DNA from: Histomonas meleagridis 2922-C6/04-290x
Taxonomy: Eukaryota; Protista; Parabasalia
Direction: 5' to 3'
DNA length: 64,000 nucleotides
Assembly (NCBI GenBank): GCA_020184695.1
Contig: JAANOX010000002.1
Span: 372,001 to 436,000 of the forward strand
The position numbers were made by a program, and so were the translations under genes. Each line of letters begins with the position of its first letter. Within the stretch, counting starts at the first letter, position 1. Under the pieces are notes generated by a model that worked only from the letters and a program-made list of their open reading frames with translations, was not told the DNA's origin and did not search any database. Positions 43,786 through 55,191 of the stretch are shown piece after piece.

Positions 43786-46700
43786 ATGAAAGTAACAGTA
43801 AGAATCGAAGAAGCTGTTGGACTTGATGAAAATCGAGCGCACTCTGTTTACTGTGTTGCAAATTTTGAAGACCGGAATACAAAGAGAAAAACAAAAATAC
43901 AACAAGGATGTGATCCAGTATTTAATCAGGATTTTACATTTCAGAATATAGACAATGATTCTGTTTTGGTGGTACAGCTTTATGACGCAGTTACAAATGG
44001 AACTGATGAAAAAATTGGAATTTCAAGAATACCTTTCAAATCTCTTCAATTAGATAAACCAATTGATGATTGGTTTGATATTCTTGAGATAGATGGTAAA
44101 AATGAAGCTAAATTACATCTTGTTATTTCAGCACAAAATAAATCTGATTCAGAAGATTTTGACAATTTCTTAGAATCTGTTGATTTTGACTCAATATTAG
44201 GAAAAAATAATTCAGATTCAGAAGAGGAAGATATTGATATCGAAAAACTTTTGAAAGATTCAGATGATGACGATGATTATGATATATTAAAACAACTCGC
44301 TGAAGAAGATGATGACGAAGAACCAAATCAAAGTGACGAAGAGAAACTAAGGGCTGAGGAAGATGAAAGATTAAGGGCAGAAGAAGAAGAACGCCTCAAA
44401 GCTGAAGAAGAGGCAAGATTAAGAGCTGAGGAAGAGGCAAGACTTAAAGCTGAAGAGGAAGCAAGACTTAAAGCAGAGGAAGAAGCAAGACTTAAAGCAG
44501 AGGAAGAAGCAAGACTTAAAGCAGAGGAAGAAGCAAGACTTAAAGCAGAGGAAGAAGCAAGACTTAAAGCAGAGGAAGAAGCAAGACTTAAAGCTGAAGA
44601 GGAAGCAAGACTTAAAGCTGAGGAAGAAGCAAGACTTAAAGCTGAAGAGGAAGCAAGACTTAAAGCAGAGGAAGAAGCAAGACTTAAAGCAGAGGAAGAA
44701 GCAAGACTTAAAGCAGAGGAAGAAGCAAGACTTAAAGCTGAAGAGGAAGCAAGACTTAAAGCTGAGGAAGAAGCAAGACTTAAAGCTGAGGAAGAAGCAA
44801 GACTTAAAGCAGAGGAAGAAGCAAGACTTAAAGCTGAGGAAGAAGCAAGACTTAAAGCTGAGGAAGAAGCAAGACTTAAAGCTGAGGAAGAAGCACGTAA
44901 GAAGGCTGAAGAAGAAGCAAGACTTAAAGCTGAGGAAGAAGCACGTAAGAAGGCTGAAGAAGAAGCAAGACTTAAAGCTGAGGAAGAAGCAAGACTTAAA
45001 GCTGAGGAAGAAGCACGTAAGAAGGCTGAAGAAGAAGCAAGACTTAAAGCTGAGGAAGAAGCACGTAAGAAGGCTGAAGAAGAAGCAAGACTTAAAGCTG
45101 AGGAAGAAGCACGTAAGAAGGCTGAAGAAGAAGCAAGACTTAAAGCTGAGGAAGAAGCACGTAAGAAGGCTGAAGAAGAAGCAAGACTTAAAGCTGAGGA
45201 AGAAGCAAGACTTAAAGCTGCGGAGGAAGCCAGACTTAAAGCAGAGGAGGAAGCACGTATTAAAGCCGAAGAAGAAGCACAAAGAAAAGCTGAGGAAGAG
45301 GCAAGATTAAGAGCCGAAGAGGAAGCACGTAAGAAGGCTGAGGAAGAAGCAAGACTTAAAGCTGCGGAGGAAGCCAGACTTAAAGCTGAAGAAGAAGCAA
45401 GATTAAGAGCTGAAGAGGAAGCCAGACTTAAAGCTGAGGAAGAAGCACGTAAGAAGGCCGAAGAAGAACGCCTTAAAGCTGAGGAAGAGGCACGTATTAA
45501 AGCAGAAGAGGAAGCACGCAAGAAGGCTGAAGAAGAGGCAAGACTTAAAGCTGAGGAGGAAGCACGTAGAAAGGCCGAAGAAGAAGCGCTCATGAAAGCA
45601 GAAGAAGAAAAACTCAGAGCTGAAGAAGAAGCCCGGATAAAAGCCGAAGAAGAAGAATTTCTGTTGTTCGAAGAAAGCAGAAAGAAAGCCAAATCCGAAG
45701 AATTCAGTGACTCTGATTCAGAAACCGGGTTAATAAATGAGGAAGATGCGAAGTCAGAAGGAGATGAGTCCACATCATCAGTGCATAAGACAGAATCAGC
45801 GCCCATTAAACCCAAAGAAGAACCGAAACCAATTGCAGCCAAAGCGGCATCACATTCACGAACCAAACCCAAAGAATCATCAGCACATTCAGTCGGCAAA
45901 AACCAAAAGTCCGAACCAAAGCCAAAAGAAAGGCCAATTAAGAAGTCCATCGAACCTAAAGCTAAAGATCTCAAATCTCGAAAGAGCGAAACAGTCAAAA
46001 GCAAACTCAATGAAAGAACAATTCCAAAGCGAACAGAGAAGAACACCGCCAAACCCTCCAGCATACCAATCTCCACCACTCGCAAAAGCGTCAGTTCCAT
46101 TTCAAGCTCAACGAAAACAACAAAGCGCTCAACCACTACATCTGTTTCATCAATTCCAAAGCGAACTACAACAACTAATACCAAAGCACAGTCGAGTCGT
46201 ATTCCACGTACATCGCAAACTACAAATACTGAATCAACGCTCACGATTACAATCATTAGTGCGGATAATTTGCAAGCGCCAACATCAGATCGATGCGATC
46301 CGTTTTGTCGTATCAAGTTATCGAATCAAGATCGAATTGAGGAGACAGAAGTTGTTGAGAACACATTAATTCCACAATGGAATGAAACATTTACATATAC
46401 AATAACTGACGTTGAAGATGCGTCAATTGAAGTTGATATATATGATCAGAAGCAAATAATTGAAGAAGGGTTAATCGGTTCAATATCATTACCATTATCA
46501 CAAATCAATAACAGTTTCGATGGTTGGATTCCACTTATTCCGGATGGAAGTGGACGTATACATATCAAAGTGATACTTAATTTACCGCCCAAAAAAGTTT
46601 CTGTTACAACTACAAAACGCGCAACGAACACTGGCGTCACACTTAAAAAGAATTCCAAACCTAAAGTTATTCAACAAAAGTCAAAAGTACAAAGTAAATC

Positions 46701-47331
46701 ATCGATATCTGATGTTAGAAGTATCACAACGAGAAGTATTACTCCATCAGATACTAAAAGTAATGCTTCGCAATCGAGAATCAAATCAAAGAGTAATATT
46801 CCATCATCGAAAACTCGAAATAATATTTCAGACACGAAAAGTGTTTCAAATGTTTCGAACTTAAGACGGAAAAGTAATATCCCAATCGAGAAAAGAAGTA
46901 TAACATCGCCGAAAAGTAAAACTTCTGACTCTCGAAGCGTTGTTTCACCACCGAAACGTAAAAGTCGAATTCCTTCTGACGTTAGAAGTACTATTTCTCC
47001 TCCGAGAATGAGCAGTAACTCATCGGTAACTTCGCCATATAAAAACTACGCAAATTCCGTAGTGTCAAGAGCCGAATCAATAAGTTCGCAATCGCCAAGA
47101 TCGAGGAAAGAAAGATTAATGCAATCAATAGAGAACTTCGATGGCGATGCCGAAGAAATAGAAAACACTGCAAGAAATGCGGCGGCTGAAGCTTACGAAA
47201 GAATGTTGAAGAGAATCGCGCCAATGTTCTCAACAAAATATTCACAAAGAAATATTTTTGCGAATCGTGAAACTATAGATCAAATCGAAATCGAGCTTCA
47301 AGGAAAAAATATTGACGAAAACGATAAATAA
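43786..47331 (+). CDS. Tandem C2-domain protein with a long charged single-alpha-helix linker and Ser/Thr/Lys-rich tails
   Basis: C2 domain 1 ([30 protein letters not shown]) and C2 domain 2 ([32 protein letters not shown]) flank an AEEEARLK repeat. Confidence 0.9.
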   Translation: MKVTVRIEEAVGLDENRAHSVYCVANFEDRNTKRKTKIQQGCDPVFNQDFTFQNIDNDSVLVVQLYDAVTNGTDEKIGISRIPFKSLQLDKPIDDWFDILEIDGKNEAKLHLVISAQNKSDSEDFDNFLESVDFDSILGKNNSDSEEEDIDIEKLLKDSDDDDDYDILKQLAEEDDDEEPNQSDEEKLRAEEDERLRAEEEERLKAEEEARLRAEEEARLKAEEEARLKAEEEARLKAEEEARLKAEEEARLKAEEEARLKAEEEARLKAEEEARLKAEEEARLKAEEEARLKAEEEARLKAEEEARLKAEEEARLKAEEEARLKAEEEARLKAEEEARLKAEEEARLKAEEEARLKAEEEARLKAEEEARKKAEEEARLKAEEEARKKAEEEARLKAEEEARLKAEEEARKKAEEEARLKAEEEARKKAEEEARLKAEEEARKKAEEEARLKAEEEARKKAEEEARLKAEEEARLKAAEEARLKAEEEARIKAEEEAQRKAEEEARLRAEEEARKKAEEEARLKAAEEARLKAEEEARLRAEEEARLKAEEEARKKAEEERLKAEEEARIKAEEEARKKAEEEARLKAEEEARRKAEEEALMKAEEEKLRAEEEARIKAEEEEFLLFEESRKKAKSEEFSDSDSETGLINEEDAKSEGDESTSSVHKTESAPIKPKEEPKPIAAKAASHSRTKPKESSAHSVGKNQKSEPKPKERPIKKSIEPKAKDLKSRKSETVKSKLNERTIPKRTEKNTAKPSSIPISTTRKSVSSISSSTKTTKRSTTTSVSSIPKRTTTTNTKAQSSRIPRTSQTTNTESTLTITIISADNLQAPTSDRCDPFCRIKLSNQDRIEETEVVENTLIPQWNETFTYTITDVEDASIEVDIYDQKQIIEEGLIGSISLPLSQINNSFDGWIPLIPDGSGRIHIKVILNLPPKKVSVTTTKRATNTGVTLKKNSKPKVIQQKSKVQSKSSISDVRSITTRSITPSDTKSNASQSRIKSKSNIPSSKTRNNISDTKSVSNVSNLRRKSNIPIEKRSITSPKSKTSDSRSVVSPPKRKSRIPSDVRSTISPPRMSSNSSVTSPYKNYANSVVSRAESISSQSPRSRKERLMQSIENFDGDAEEIENTARNAAAEAYERMLKRIAPMFSTKYSQRNIFANRETIDQIEIELQGKNIDENDK
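44341..45654 (+). repeat. 24-nt coding tandem repeat ([16 protein letters not shown]), roughly 50 units
   Basis: Near-identical gaagaagcaagacttaaagctgag units, in frame. Confidence 0.95.
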
Positions 47332-47379
47332 ATAATTTTTTATATAACAATAAGATGTCACTTGTTTATGTTTATATTA

Positions 47380-50300
47380 TTATTTATTGATATGAACCTT
47401 TTCTTCAAAGATTTTTAGCGACGATTCAATAAATACTCTTCGTGCATCAAGCAAACCGTCGCGAGTAAAGTTATCAAATGGAACCTCATGTCCGAGAGAT
47501 TTCATCCCCTCTCGAACAACATAAAACTCATCAACTAATATCGTTAAAGGTTCTCCATGTGTGTCATTTTCTGTCTTCTTTTGCATGAGATTAAGCCACT
47601 TAAAGATAATTTGACATAATGTTGATGGATCATTTTGAGCAATTCTTTCGTTAAGAATTTCAATAAGTCGAATCTCTGACGCAAAAGGTATTTTAAGCAT
47701 GTCAGATAATGCTTTCATAGTTAGCGTTCGAACTCTTGGTACATCATCAATTAAAAGTCGATATGCTATCATAATACCTTTCTTCTTGTCAAACAAAAGC
47801 ATTGGAAGAACTTCTGCTAATGCAATATGTATTGGTGTCATCTCTTCGCTTAAATTATATACAAAATTTAAGAACAAATCAAATAATGATCCAATTTGTA
47901 ATTCGGATGCTTTCGATGCCTTCAAAAGTCTAATCAAATCGGCCGTGACTTGTGGAGGGAATTCACCACGAATTAATTGTATTATAACATTTGAATCAAC
48001 ATTTGGTAATTCCTTTTGTTTGCAAATGAAATCCATTCCGGAACAAACCAATGCTTTGTCCATATTTATCATTTCCTCATTGATGATAGTATTTGTTAAA
48101 ATTTGTAAAAGATCCTTTGGTGGCTGATTTTTTGCATCAATACTTGCAAGCAATGCCACAAGTGCTGATGTATTTAAATTTTGAGAAACAGCGCCTCTAT
48201 AAATAAATAATGGAACTTGGTCATATACGAAACAATTGAGTGGAATTTCATCGTCAGGAATACGTTTAATTTCATTCAATTTTGACATCACGAAAAATAA
48301 ATCATTGAAAATAAACGGTGGAATATTTTCCACTTCAATTTCAGGAATTTCTATTTCATGAACAATAAAATCTTCATCCAATAAAAGTTCTTTTAACAAT
48401 AAAATATTACCATGTAATAAATTGAAATTATCAAAATTATTTAAATTCGAAATAATTTCATTAAATAAATTGATTCTATCTTCACCTTTTGCTGTAACAG
48501 AAACACAAACACGTGCAGCTAAGCGACGCACTCTTGAATTTCTCGAACCTAAATATAATTTTACATAATTTCGAAGTTCGAAATCAGTTTCAGTTGTTGT
48601 GAACATATTCAAAACAATTAAAGAAAGATAAATAAGATGAAAATTATCAGAATTTAAACTTTCGATTATTACTTCCTTTGAGTTTTGCATTTTATTAAAG
48701 AATTGTTGCAAATCCAATGAATTATTTGATGCATTATTTTTGATAACTTTACGTACAACTGCAACGATACATAAGTTTACAGCGGTTATTAAATCCCAGC
48801 TATTTAACCGTTTGCATAAATTGAAAGATAAAACGAACACTTTTGATATAAACGATTCAATTATGGGTGAAGTCACTTTATCAGTTAAAATTGCACGAAT
48901 TACATTTAAACAATTTGTAGCTTCTGTTAAACTATTTGTATTTGAAATAACATTAAAAAGTAAGTTCATTAACTTTTCGAAAATGTCTTCATTTGATTTC
49001 ATTATATTTGGAGGTTGAAGTCTTAAAATTGTTTGAGCTAAAAATGGTAAAGCAGCAGAACGGCGCATGTTTTCCATATCGAATCCGTCCATTATTGACA
49101 CTATTTTATTCATCCAATTATTTATTATTACGTTAAGCTTTGTTTGAGGTAAATATGTTGCTATTGTTTCGAGTGCAATTTGTCCATTACAAGCTATACC
49201 TAAAGTTCTTGTGTTTAATACTATTTCGAATATTTCGTTTAATGTCATTTCGATTATATTATTTGAAATGTTTCCTTTTGTTATTATATCAGTAATTTGT
49301 TGGAATAAATTACATTGTTCATTCCATTGTTTTTCATTTTTAAGTGTTTCGATTAATTTTATTATTTTATCATCTTCATTTATTTTTATAATATTATTTT
49401 GTTGTTGTACTTCTAAAAGATATTGTTGAAGTGATTTACATTGTAATAATTTTAAGTAATTTAATGTTTCGATATCATTTATGAGATTTTTTATTAAATT
49501 TTTCACTTGTGAAACAAGTTGTGCATTCGAATCTGTTAATAATGAAACAACAGATTTCAAATGTTCTTCTTCGAGTATATCATTATATGAATTATATATC
49601 GACATAAACAAATCAAATACAAATTGATGATGACTTGAAATAAAAGAAGGAGTCATATGACTTGTAATTATATCCAATAATTTCTTTAATAACTTTTCAT
49701 TAAGTTGTTTTAATTCCGGTTTTGATCTTGTTTTAATTCGTAAAATGAAATCATTAAATGTTGTCACAAAAGATGAAATATGTTTCGGTGAATCAATATA
49801 TAAAAGATGATTAAAATTCGAACATAAGAATTCAACATCATATTCATCATTTGGATATTTCGCTAAATTATATATCAAAAAACCTAAATCACGTAAATCC
49901 CAATTACCCGAATCAAATGATATTTGTATATCTTCTTTAAGGTCATCTTCTTTAATTATCCATTTCGTTCTTGGAATAGAAATTAAACATTGAAATCGTT
50001 TCCAGATTTCTAAATATGTTTTCCCTTCACTAAATCTTTCAAAAATCGAATTTATTAATTTCGGTTGGTTTTCTATTATTGGCTCAAGAATAGGTTTAAA
50101 CATTGGTAATGATTGATCAATTTGATAATCTTTTGTTGCTTCAATATAATTATTAATTAAATCATTACATATTTCAGGTGACTTTGCTAATGTTTTTATA
50201 CATTTAGTTACAAATCCGGATGATGATGGATCTTGTGCTAAGTTAAATAATTCATCGAAAATATTCCCTATAAATTCATCGATATTGGAATATGGTAATA

Positions 50301-51411
50301 ATAATGGTAAAAGCCATGATTTAAGTTTCGAATGAAATGAAAGTGGATTCATTAACTTAATTAATTTGTTGGATATTTCATTGATTTCATTTAATGATTT
50401 CGATTTCTTTATTATCGATTTAATTAATGTACGTAATGGACTTGAGACAAGATTATTAGAATCAAAGTCACGAAGTAAATATGTTCCAATGTTATCAATA
50501 ATCAAATCTATTGTTGAAAGTGAATTAATAATTTGTGTAAGTGAATGATAGCCATAGATTCGATCTATAAGTGTTGGATTTTCTTGAAGAAGGTGTTGGC
50601 ATAAATGTAAACAAAATTCTGCTTTAGTATTATCACCTTTAAATAGTCTGGTTAATACTGATAAAAATAAGATATAAAGACTGCTTTTGATGTTTTGCGT
50701 AATAAACAATTTAAATTCTGTATTGTTTTGTTCAAAAAGTTCTTCGAAAAGTGAAACTGGAAGAATTTTACTTAACATGTCAACAAGAGAACGAATAAAT
50801 GAAAATGTTCCTTCAAAATGTAATTGCATGTTAGCAATACGAAGAATAGATGAAGATAAAAGTGAATGAGATGTAGTTTCATGTGTAAATTTTATAAAAA
50901 GATCTTGATAATTATCAAACGATTTCATAGGTATTGGTGTTGTTTGATATAAATTAAACTTTTCTACAATTTTTGAAATTGAAACATATGCTTCTGTTGA
51001 TAAAGTTGGTGGTAAATTTAAACAAAGAATTTTGACAAAATCAGTTTGGTGATTAGTAAAAAAGATATCAGACGAAAAGAAATTAATGGCATTAATGGCT
51101 ATGGAAAAGTTTGGGTTTGTTGAATTCCAAAAATTGATTTCAATTGATTTTTTAGAAATTTCTTCAAATTCTTGAAGAAGTTGTTGTTTTCTTAAAAGCG
51201 TGTTAGTTTGAGATGCAAATGCTTGTATTGCAGAAGTTGAGTTAATATTAAAAAAATAATCATTAATAATTTTATAAGTTTCATGGACATTTTCCTTAAG
51301 AGATTTTTCTACACAAGAAATCATATGCTTTAAATCTTTGGTGGTTACATCAGATGAATTTAATATTTCTTTCAGACCATTCATTCTGTGCATTGAGTAA
51401 CGTTCTTTCAT
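47380..51411 (-). CDS. THADA: THADA/Trm732-like HEAT protein (DUF2428), cofactor of Trm7/FTSJ1 tRNA C32 2'-O-methylation
   Basis: 1343-aa HEAT ORF with MRRSAALPFL (RRSAGLP signature) followed by NCLNVIRAIL (cf. HCLNILRALF), in the usual THADA position. Confidence 0.75.
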   Translation of the reverse strand: MKERYSMHRMNGLKEILNSSDVTTKDLKHMISCVEKSLKENVHETYKIINDYFFNINSTSAIQAFASQTNTLLRKQQLLQEFEEISKKSIEINFWNSTNPNFSIAINAINFFSSDIFFTNHQTDFVKILCLNLPPTLSTEAYVSISKIVEKFNLYQTTPIPMKSFDNYQDLFIKFTHETTSHSLLSSSILRIANMQLHFEGTFSFIRSLVDMLSKILPVSLFEELFEQNNTEFKLFITQNIKSSLYILFLSVLTRLFKGDNTKAEFCLHLCQHLLQENPTLIDRIYGYHSLTQIINSLSTIDLIIDNIGTYLLRDFDSNNLVSSPLRTLIKSIIKKSKSLNEINEISNKLIKLMNPLSFHSKLKSWLLPLLLPYSNIDEFIGNIFDELFNLAQDPSSSGFVTKCIKTLAKSPEICNDLINNYIEATKDYQIDQSLPMFKPILEPIIENQPKLINSIFERFSEGKTYLEIWKRFQCLISIPRTKWIIKEDDLKEDIQISFDSGNWDLRDLGFLIYNLAKYPNDEYDVEFLCSNFNHLLYIDSPKHISSFVTTFNDFILRIKTRSKPELKQLNEKLLKKLLDIITSHMTPSFISSHHQFVFDLFMSIYNSYNDILEEEHLKSVVSLLTDSNAQLVSQVKNLIKNLINDIETLNYLKLLQCKSLQQYLLEVQQQNNIIKINEDDKIIKLIETLKNEKQWNEQCNLFQQITDIITKGNISNNIIEMTLNEIFEIVLNTRTLGIACNGQIALETIATYLPQTKLNVIINNWMNKIVSIMDGFDMENMRRSAALPFLAQTILRLQPPNIMKSNEDIFEKLMNLLFNVISNTNSLTEATNCLNVIRAILTDKVTSPIIESFISKVFVLSFNLCKRLNSWDLITAVNLCIVAVVRKVIKNNASNNSLDLQQFFNKMQNSKEVIIESLNSDNFHLIYLSLIVLNMFTTTETDFELRNYVKLYLGSRNSRVRRLAARVCVSVTAKGEDRINLFNEIISNLNNFDNFNLLHGNILLLKELLLDEDFIVHEIEIPEIEVENIPPFIFNDLFFVMSKLNEIKRIPDDEIPLNCFVYDQVPLFIYRGAVSQNLNTSALVALLASIDAKNQPPKDLLQILTNTIINEEMINMDKALVCSGMDFICKQKELPNVDSNVIIQLIRGEFPPQVTADLIRLLKASKASELQIGSLFDLFLNFVYNLSEEMTPIHIALAEVLPMLLFDKKKGIMIAYRLLIDDVPRVRTLTMKALSDMLKIPFASEIRLIEILNERIAQNDPSTLCQIIFKWLNLMQKKTENDTHGEPLTILVDEFYVVREGMKSLGHEVPFDNFTRDGLLDARRVFIESSLKIFEEKVHINK

Positions 51412-51458
51412 TGAAATAATTTTTACATAAATCTTTTCTTCTTAAAAAGAAAATGAAA

Positions 51459-51531
51459 GGGACTCTAGCTCACCTGGGAGAGCACACGACTGAAGATCGT
51501 GAGGTACGTGGTTCGAGTCCGCGGAGTCCCA
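51459..51531 (+). tRNA. tRNA-Phe: tRNA-Phe (GAA)
   Basis: Acceptor stem GGGACTC/GAGTCCC plus discriminator A; D arm; anticodon stem CACGA/TCGTG with loop CTGAAGA; T arm CGTGG-TTCGAGT-CCGCG. Confidence 0.96.
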
Positions 51532-51539
51532 TTTTTTTT
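51532..51539 (+). terminator. RNA polymerase III terminator (T8)
   Basis: T run immediately after the tRNA discriminator base. Confidence 0.8.
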
Positions 51540-51981
51540 ATTTTTTTTGTTCCTTTTGATTATGAAATTTGGTCACTCAGGGAATAAAAGTTTAAAGTTA
51601 TACGATTGCTTGTGTATTAATTTTAGATGCATGCGTGTTTGGTGTTAACTATAGAAAAAAGATAATGCGAAAGTTTTGATAAATTTGATTTCAGATTATT
51701 TATGGCATATAATAATTATGACATAAATTTTTTGGTTTTAATTATTTTAAATTTAATTTTATGTTTTTGCTTTTTGTTTGTGTAGGTATCACATGAGTTC
51801 ATTTATCGAAAAAAATATTTTTTATAAATTAAATGAATGCGGCAATTCCTTTGAATAAAGCAGCCTTGATGAAAATACTAGATTCATTTTCTTGAGCAAA
51901 ATGAGTCTAATTCAGCCTAAAATCCTTTTCTGGACCACGTTATATTTTGACAGTCTCTGTTAAAAAAATTTCATTGTCCCA

Positions 51982-54954
51982 ATGTCGAGCCTTGAAGAAA
52001 TATTTTCAAAACTTCAGACAGCAACAGATAATGAGACAGTAGAACAAATTACCCAAATCATCATGAACGCGTATTCAGATCCAATGACAATATTTCCTTT
52101 AATTGAACTTTTATGTACAAATCAGAATCCCTTTGTTCGTCATCAAAGTTCTATTGGTATTAAGCAAATGCTTGAAAAACATTGGCGAACATATTGTATG
52201 ACACCACATGGCGAACAAATAAAAATAGCTTTATTAAATGCGCTTTCCAAAGAAAGCATTTTTTCGATTCGACATTCCATTATTTATTCGCTTGAGCCAA
52301 TTTGTCAAATTAGAGAAATTCCATGGCCAGAATTAGATAATTTTGCGATTCAGCTAATACAAAGTTCTAATCCATCAGAATTAGAGATTGGAATGTCTCT
52401 TTTCGAAGTTATCATTCCATATCTTCCAGAATCTTTTATTGTTTCAAACATAGAACAAATATGTGAACGAATTGGTTTTGCAATGACATTAAATTCACCT
52501 GAATTATTAATTGCCACAATTGATTTCATGACGTCTCTTTTCCAATTATTTGATCCACCAATCCCTGAAGGCCTTAGCCAATTAATGGAAAAGCTCTTAA
52601 TGGTATTCCAAATGTCACTTATCCAAAATTGGCCATTTGCATATCAAATTGCAGAATCTATAAACAAAACTATATGTACTCCACCGCGTGTCAGCTCCAA
52701 AGATCTTCTTGATTTTCTTCTTAATCTTGCTAATAATGAAGCTGTTCCTCATGAACTTCTATTCCATATATTCAACCCTATTAATACACTTGTTTCTACT
52801 CAATACAAATCAATCCGTAAGCAGCTCCCTGCATTAGTCATCACTGTTATCAAGTGCGCGGCTTACAGCCTCCAAGACGACTGCTTCAATAATCAATCAG
52901 ACCTCATCTTCATAACCGACGTAATTGAGGGGATAACCGCCGAAGAAGGAGAAGATCTTTTTTATACAATCCAAGAAATTCTTAATGATTCTTCACCTAA
53001 TATGTCCTTTGTGAGTCTTATTATATTTCAATTTTTCATTGATGAGATGCCTGGTGTTGTTGCTGAAAATCTTCAATTTTTTGTTGAGTTTATTATCAAG
53101 CAATATACTAATCAACAACATCACTGTATTAAAGAGGAGTCATTAGTTTGTATGCAACATTTAATCCGTATTATAAATGGTGGAATTTCTCAACATACAC
53201 AATTAATCTTAAGATGTTGTTTAGATGCAATTTCTTGTGATCATGAAACTTTGGTTAATCTTGGATTGATTGCAATAGCCGAGTTAATGTCAACATTAGA
53301 TTTTCCACATGAACTAATTCCACAAATCTTTAATTTATTATGTTCGCTTCTTGGGAAATCCGCTGAGCTTCAGTACAATGTTCTTTATTCCTTGACAGCC
53401 TTAACATTTGCATCTCGAGAAGACATTTTACCATTTGTCCCACAGCTAGCGACCGTTTTTGGGAATTCAGCTAATTTGAATGAAACCGTTCATCCCACAC
53501 TCAAATCGATAGGAATTGAAGGCTTAGCCCGTTTATTATGTTCTCTACCTAATCGCATTGATACTATTGCAGTACCTACATTAAATTTATTAAATGAATC
53601 AACCAAATGTTCAGATTATGATGTTTTATCAAGTGTCATTACATCATTTAAACTTTTAGTTGAATCACAATTTCCACAAATCGAAAGCATATTACAAAAT
53701 CCAGTTGAATTAGCGATGAAAATACTTTCAACAGAATTACCAATTATCCAAAGTGATAGTGAATATATTCCTTCCATTATTGTCTTAAAAAGTAAATCAT
53801 TTTCATTCATCTCAGTATGTATCCAAAGGTTTCCGAATGTATTTACAAATTTTGTAGTTTCATGTACACAAATTGCTATTTCACATCTCGAATGTAATAT
53901 TTCGATGTTACAAATCGAATGTATGAACACATTAATCATATTGACGACAACATATGGATTAAATCCGACAGAAATCATTATGCACTTATCACAACTAATT
54001 GATAATGATGACCCATATACAGTTTCAAAATTATTATCATCATTTCGTAAACTTTTATCCTTCACGACAATCGAAATTAATGCTGAACAACTTCAAGGAA
54101 TAGTAAACTTTTCATATAAAGCAATGATGCATAAACTTCCATGTCAATATGATAGTTATGATAATGACATTGATTTAATTCGTTCGCTTTATAAGTTTTA
54201 TTGTATGTTAGCACAAAGATATCCAAACTATTTCCCTTACGATCAATATATTAGTCATGGTAGAGCATTAAAGAAACAAAAACAATTTCAAGAACTTTCG
54301 TTTTTGACGTTACCTCTTTCATATCTATATAAAACGTTTGGAAGTCAACTTCCCGGTGTTGCTATTAAGGCAATGATTGGGTTAATATTTAGTACGATCT
54401 CTTATTGTGATGGAACTATTTCGCCATTACCAATTAAAGCAATTTACGTGTTCATTGATTTCGATTTCCAAACTTCGATGCAATTTTTGCCGGAGTTATC
54501 ACATACATTAAAAATGATTCTTTCATTGGAAAATAAGGGTCAGCCTACATACGAAGAAACAAAAGTTTTTGCAATTTCATTGTTGTTTTTGTTGGCTGTA
54601 AAGGGTTGTGACGTGAATGAGTTTTTGGCTTTAATGATTTCGATAATACCTTCGAATATGTACGATGAGGCTGTGAATATTTTTAACTGTTTAATTAATT
54701 TGTCAATGAATAAATTCGAAATGTTTCAGCCGGTGTTGCAACAATTGTTCGTTGCACTGGTGAAAACTTTGGCATTGAGTGATAATAATTTGAGGTTAAT
54801 GAAATTAAATAACGAAATTGTGAATGGTTTAATCGGATTATTTATGAAGTTAATGAGCGTCGTCCCAGATGCGCAGAATGTAATTCCGCAAATAATTGGG
54901 GACCAAAATGATCAACAAAGACTTGCTGCTCGTCTTTCAAAGCCACAGATGTAA
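51982..54954 (+). CDS. Importin-beta family karyopherin (importin-4/Kap123-like)
   Basis: 990-aa HEAT protein with an importin-beta N-terminal pattern (L..L.TATDNE.V.Q.T...VRHQSSIGIKQMLEKHW). A TCATT Inr-like motif lies just upstream. Confidence 0.78.
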   Translation: MSSLEEIFSKLQTATDNETVEQITQIIMNAYSDPMTIFPLIELLCTNQNPFVRHQSSIGIKQMLEKHWRTYCMTPHGEQIKIALLNALSKESIFSIRHSIIYSLEPICQIREIPWPELDNFAIQLIQSSNPSELEIGMSLFEVIIPYLPESFIVSNIEQICERIGFAMTLNSPELLIATIDFMTSLFQLFDPPIPEGLSQLMEKLLMVFQMSLIQNWPFAYQIAESINKTICTPPRVSSKDLLDFLLNLANNEAVPHELLFHIFNPINTLVSTQYKSIRKQLPALVITVIKCAAYSLQDDCFNNQSDLIFITDVIEGITAEEGEDLFYTIQEILNDSSPNMSFVSLIIFQFFIDEMPGVVAENLQFFVEFIIKQYTNQQHHCIKEESLVCMQHLIRIINGGISQHTQLILRCCLDAISCDHETLVNLGLIAIAELMSTLDFPHELIPQIFNLLCSLLGKSAELQYNVLYSLTALTFASREDILPFVPQLATVFGNSANLNETVHPTLKSIGIEGLARLLCSLPNRIDTIAVPTLNLLNESTKCSDYDVLSSVITSFKLLVESQFPQIESILQNPVELAMKILSTELPIIQSDSEYIPSIIVLKSKSFSFISVCIQRFPNVFTNFVVSCTQIAISHLECNISMLQIECMNTLIILTTTYGLNPTEIIMHLSQLIDNDDPYTVSKLLSSFRKLLSFTTIEINAEQLQGIVNFSYKAMMHKLPCQYDSYDNDIDLIRSLYKFYCMLAQRYPNYFPYDQYISHGRALKKQKQFQELSFLTLPLSYLYKTFGSQLPGVAIKAMIGLIFSTISYCDGTISPLPIKAIYVFIDFDFQTSMQFLPELSHTLKMILSLENKGQPTYEETKVFAISLLFLLAVKGCDVNEFLALMISIIPSNMYDEAVNIFNCLINLSMNKFEMFQPVLQQLFVALVKTLALSDNNLRLMKLNNEIVNGLIGLFMKLMSVVPDAQNVIPQIIGDQNDQQRLAARLSKPQM

Positions 54955-55191
54955 TTACATTAGAAAAAGTAAAACATAAATAATAATAATTTTTATTTAA
55001 ATCGTTTTTCGTGATGAAATTTTGCTCAAATCTTTAAAATTCTTCATTTGTTAAGAAATGGGAAATTAACAAATGTAAAAACAAAAAATGACTTACAATA
55101 TAATATTAAATTCTAAATATTATTTCCTTCTGAATTGATAATAATAAAAAAAGATATAATGATAAACACATATTTTACTTAATAACAAATT

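Noticed and set aside
44328-46316. Long antisense ORFs (662 aa and 287 aa) over the C2 gene
   Set aside because: They are shadows of the stop-free 24-nt AEEEARLK repeat.
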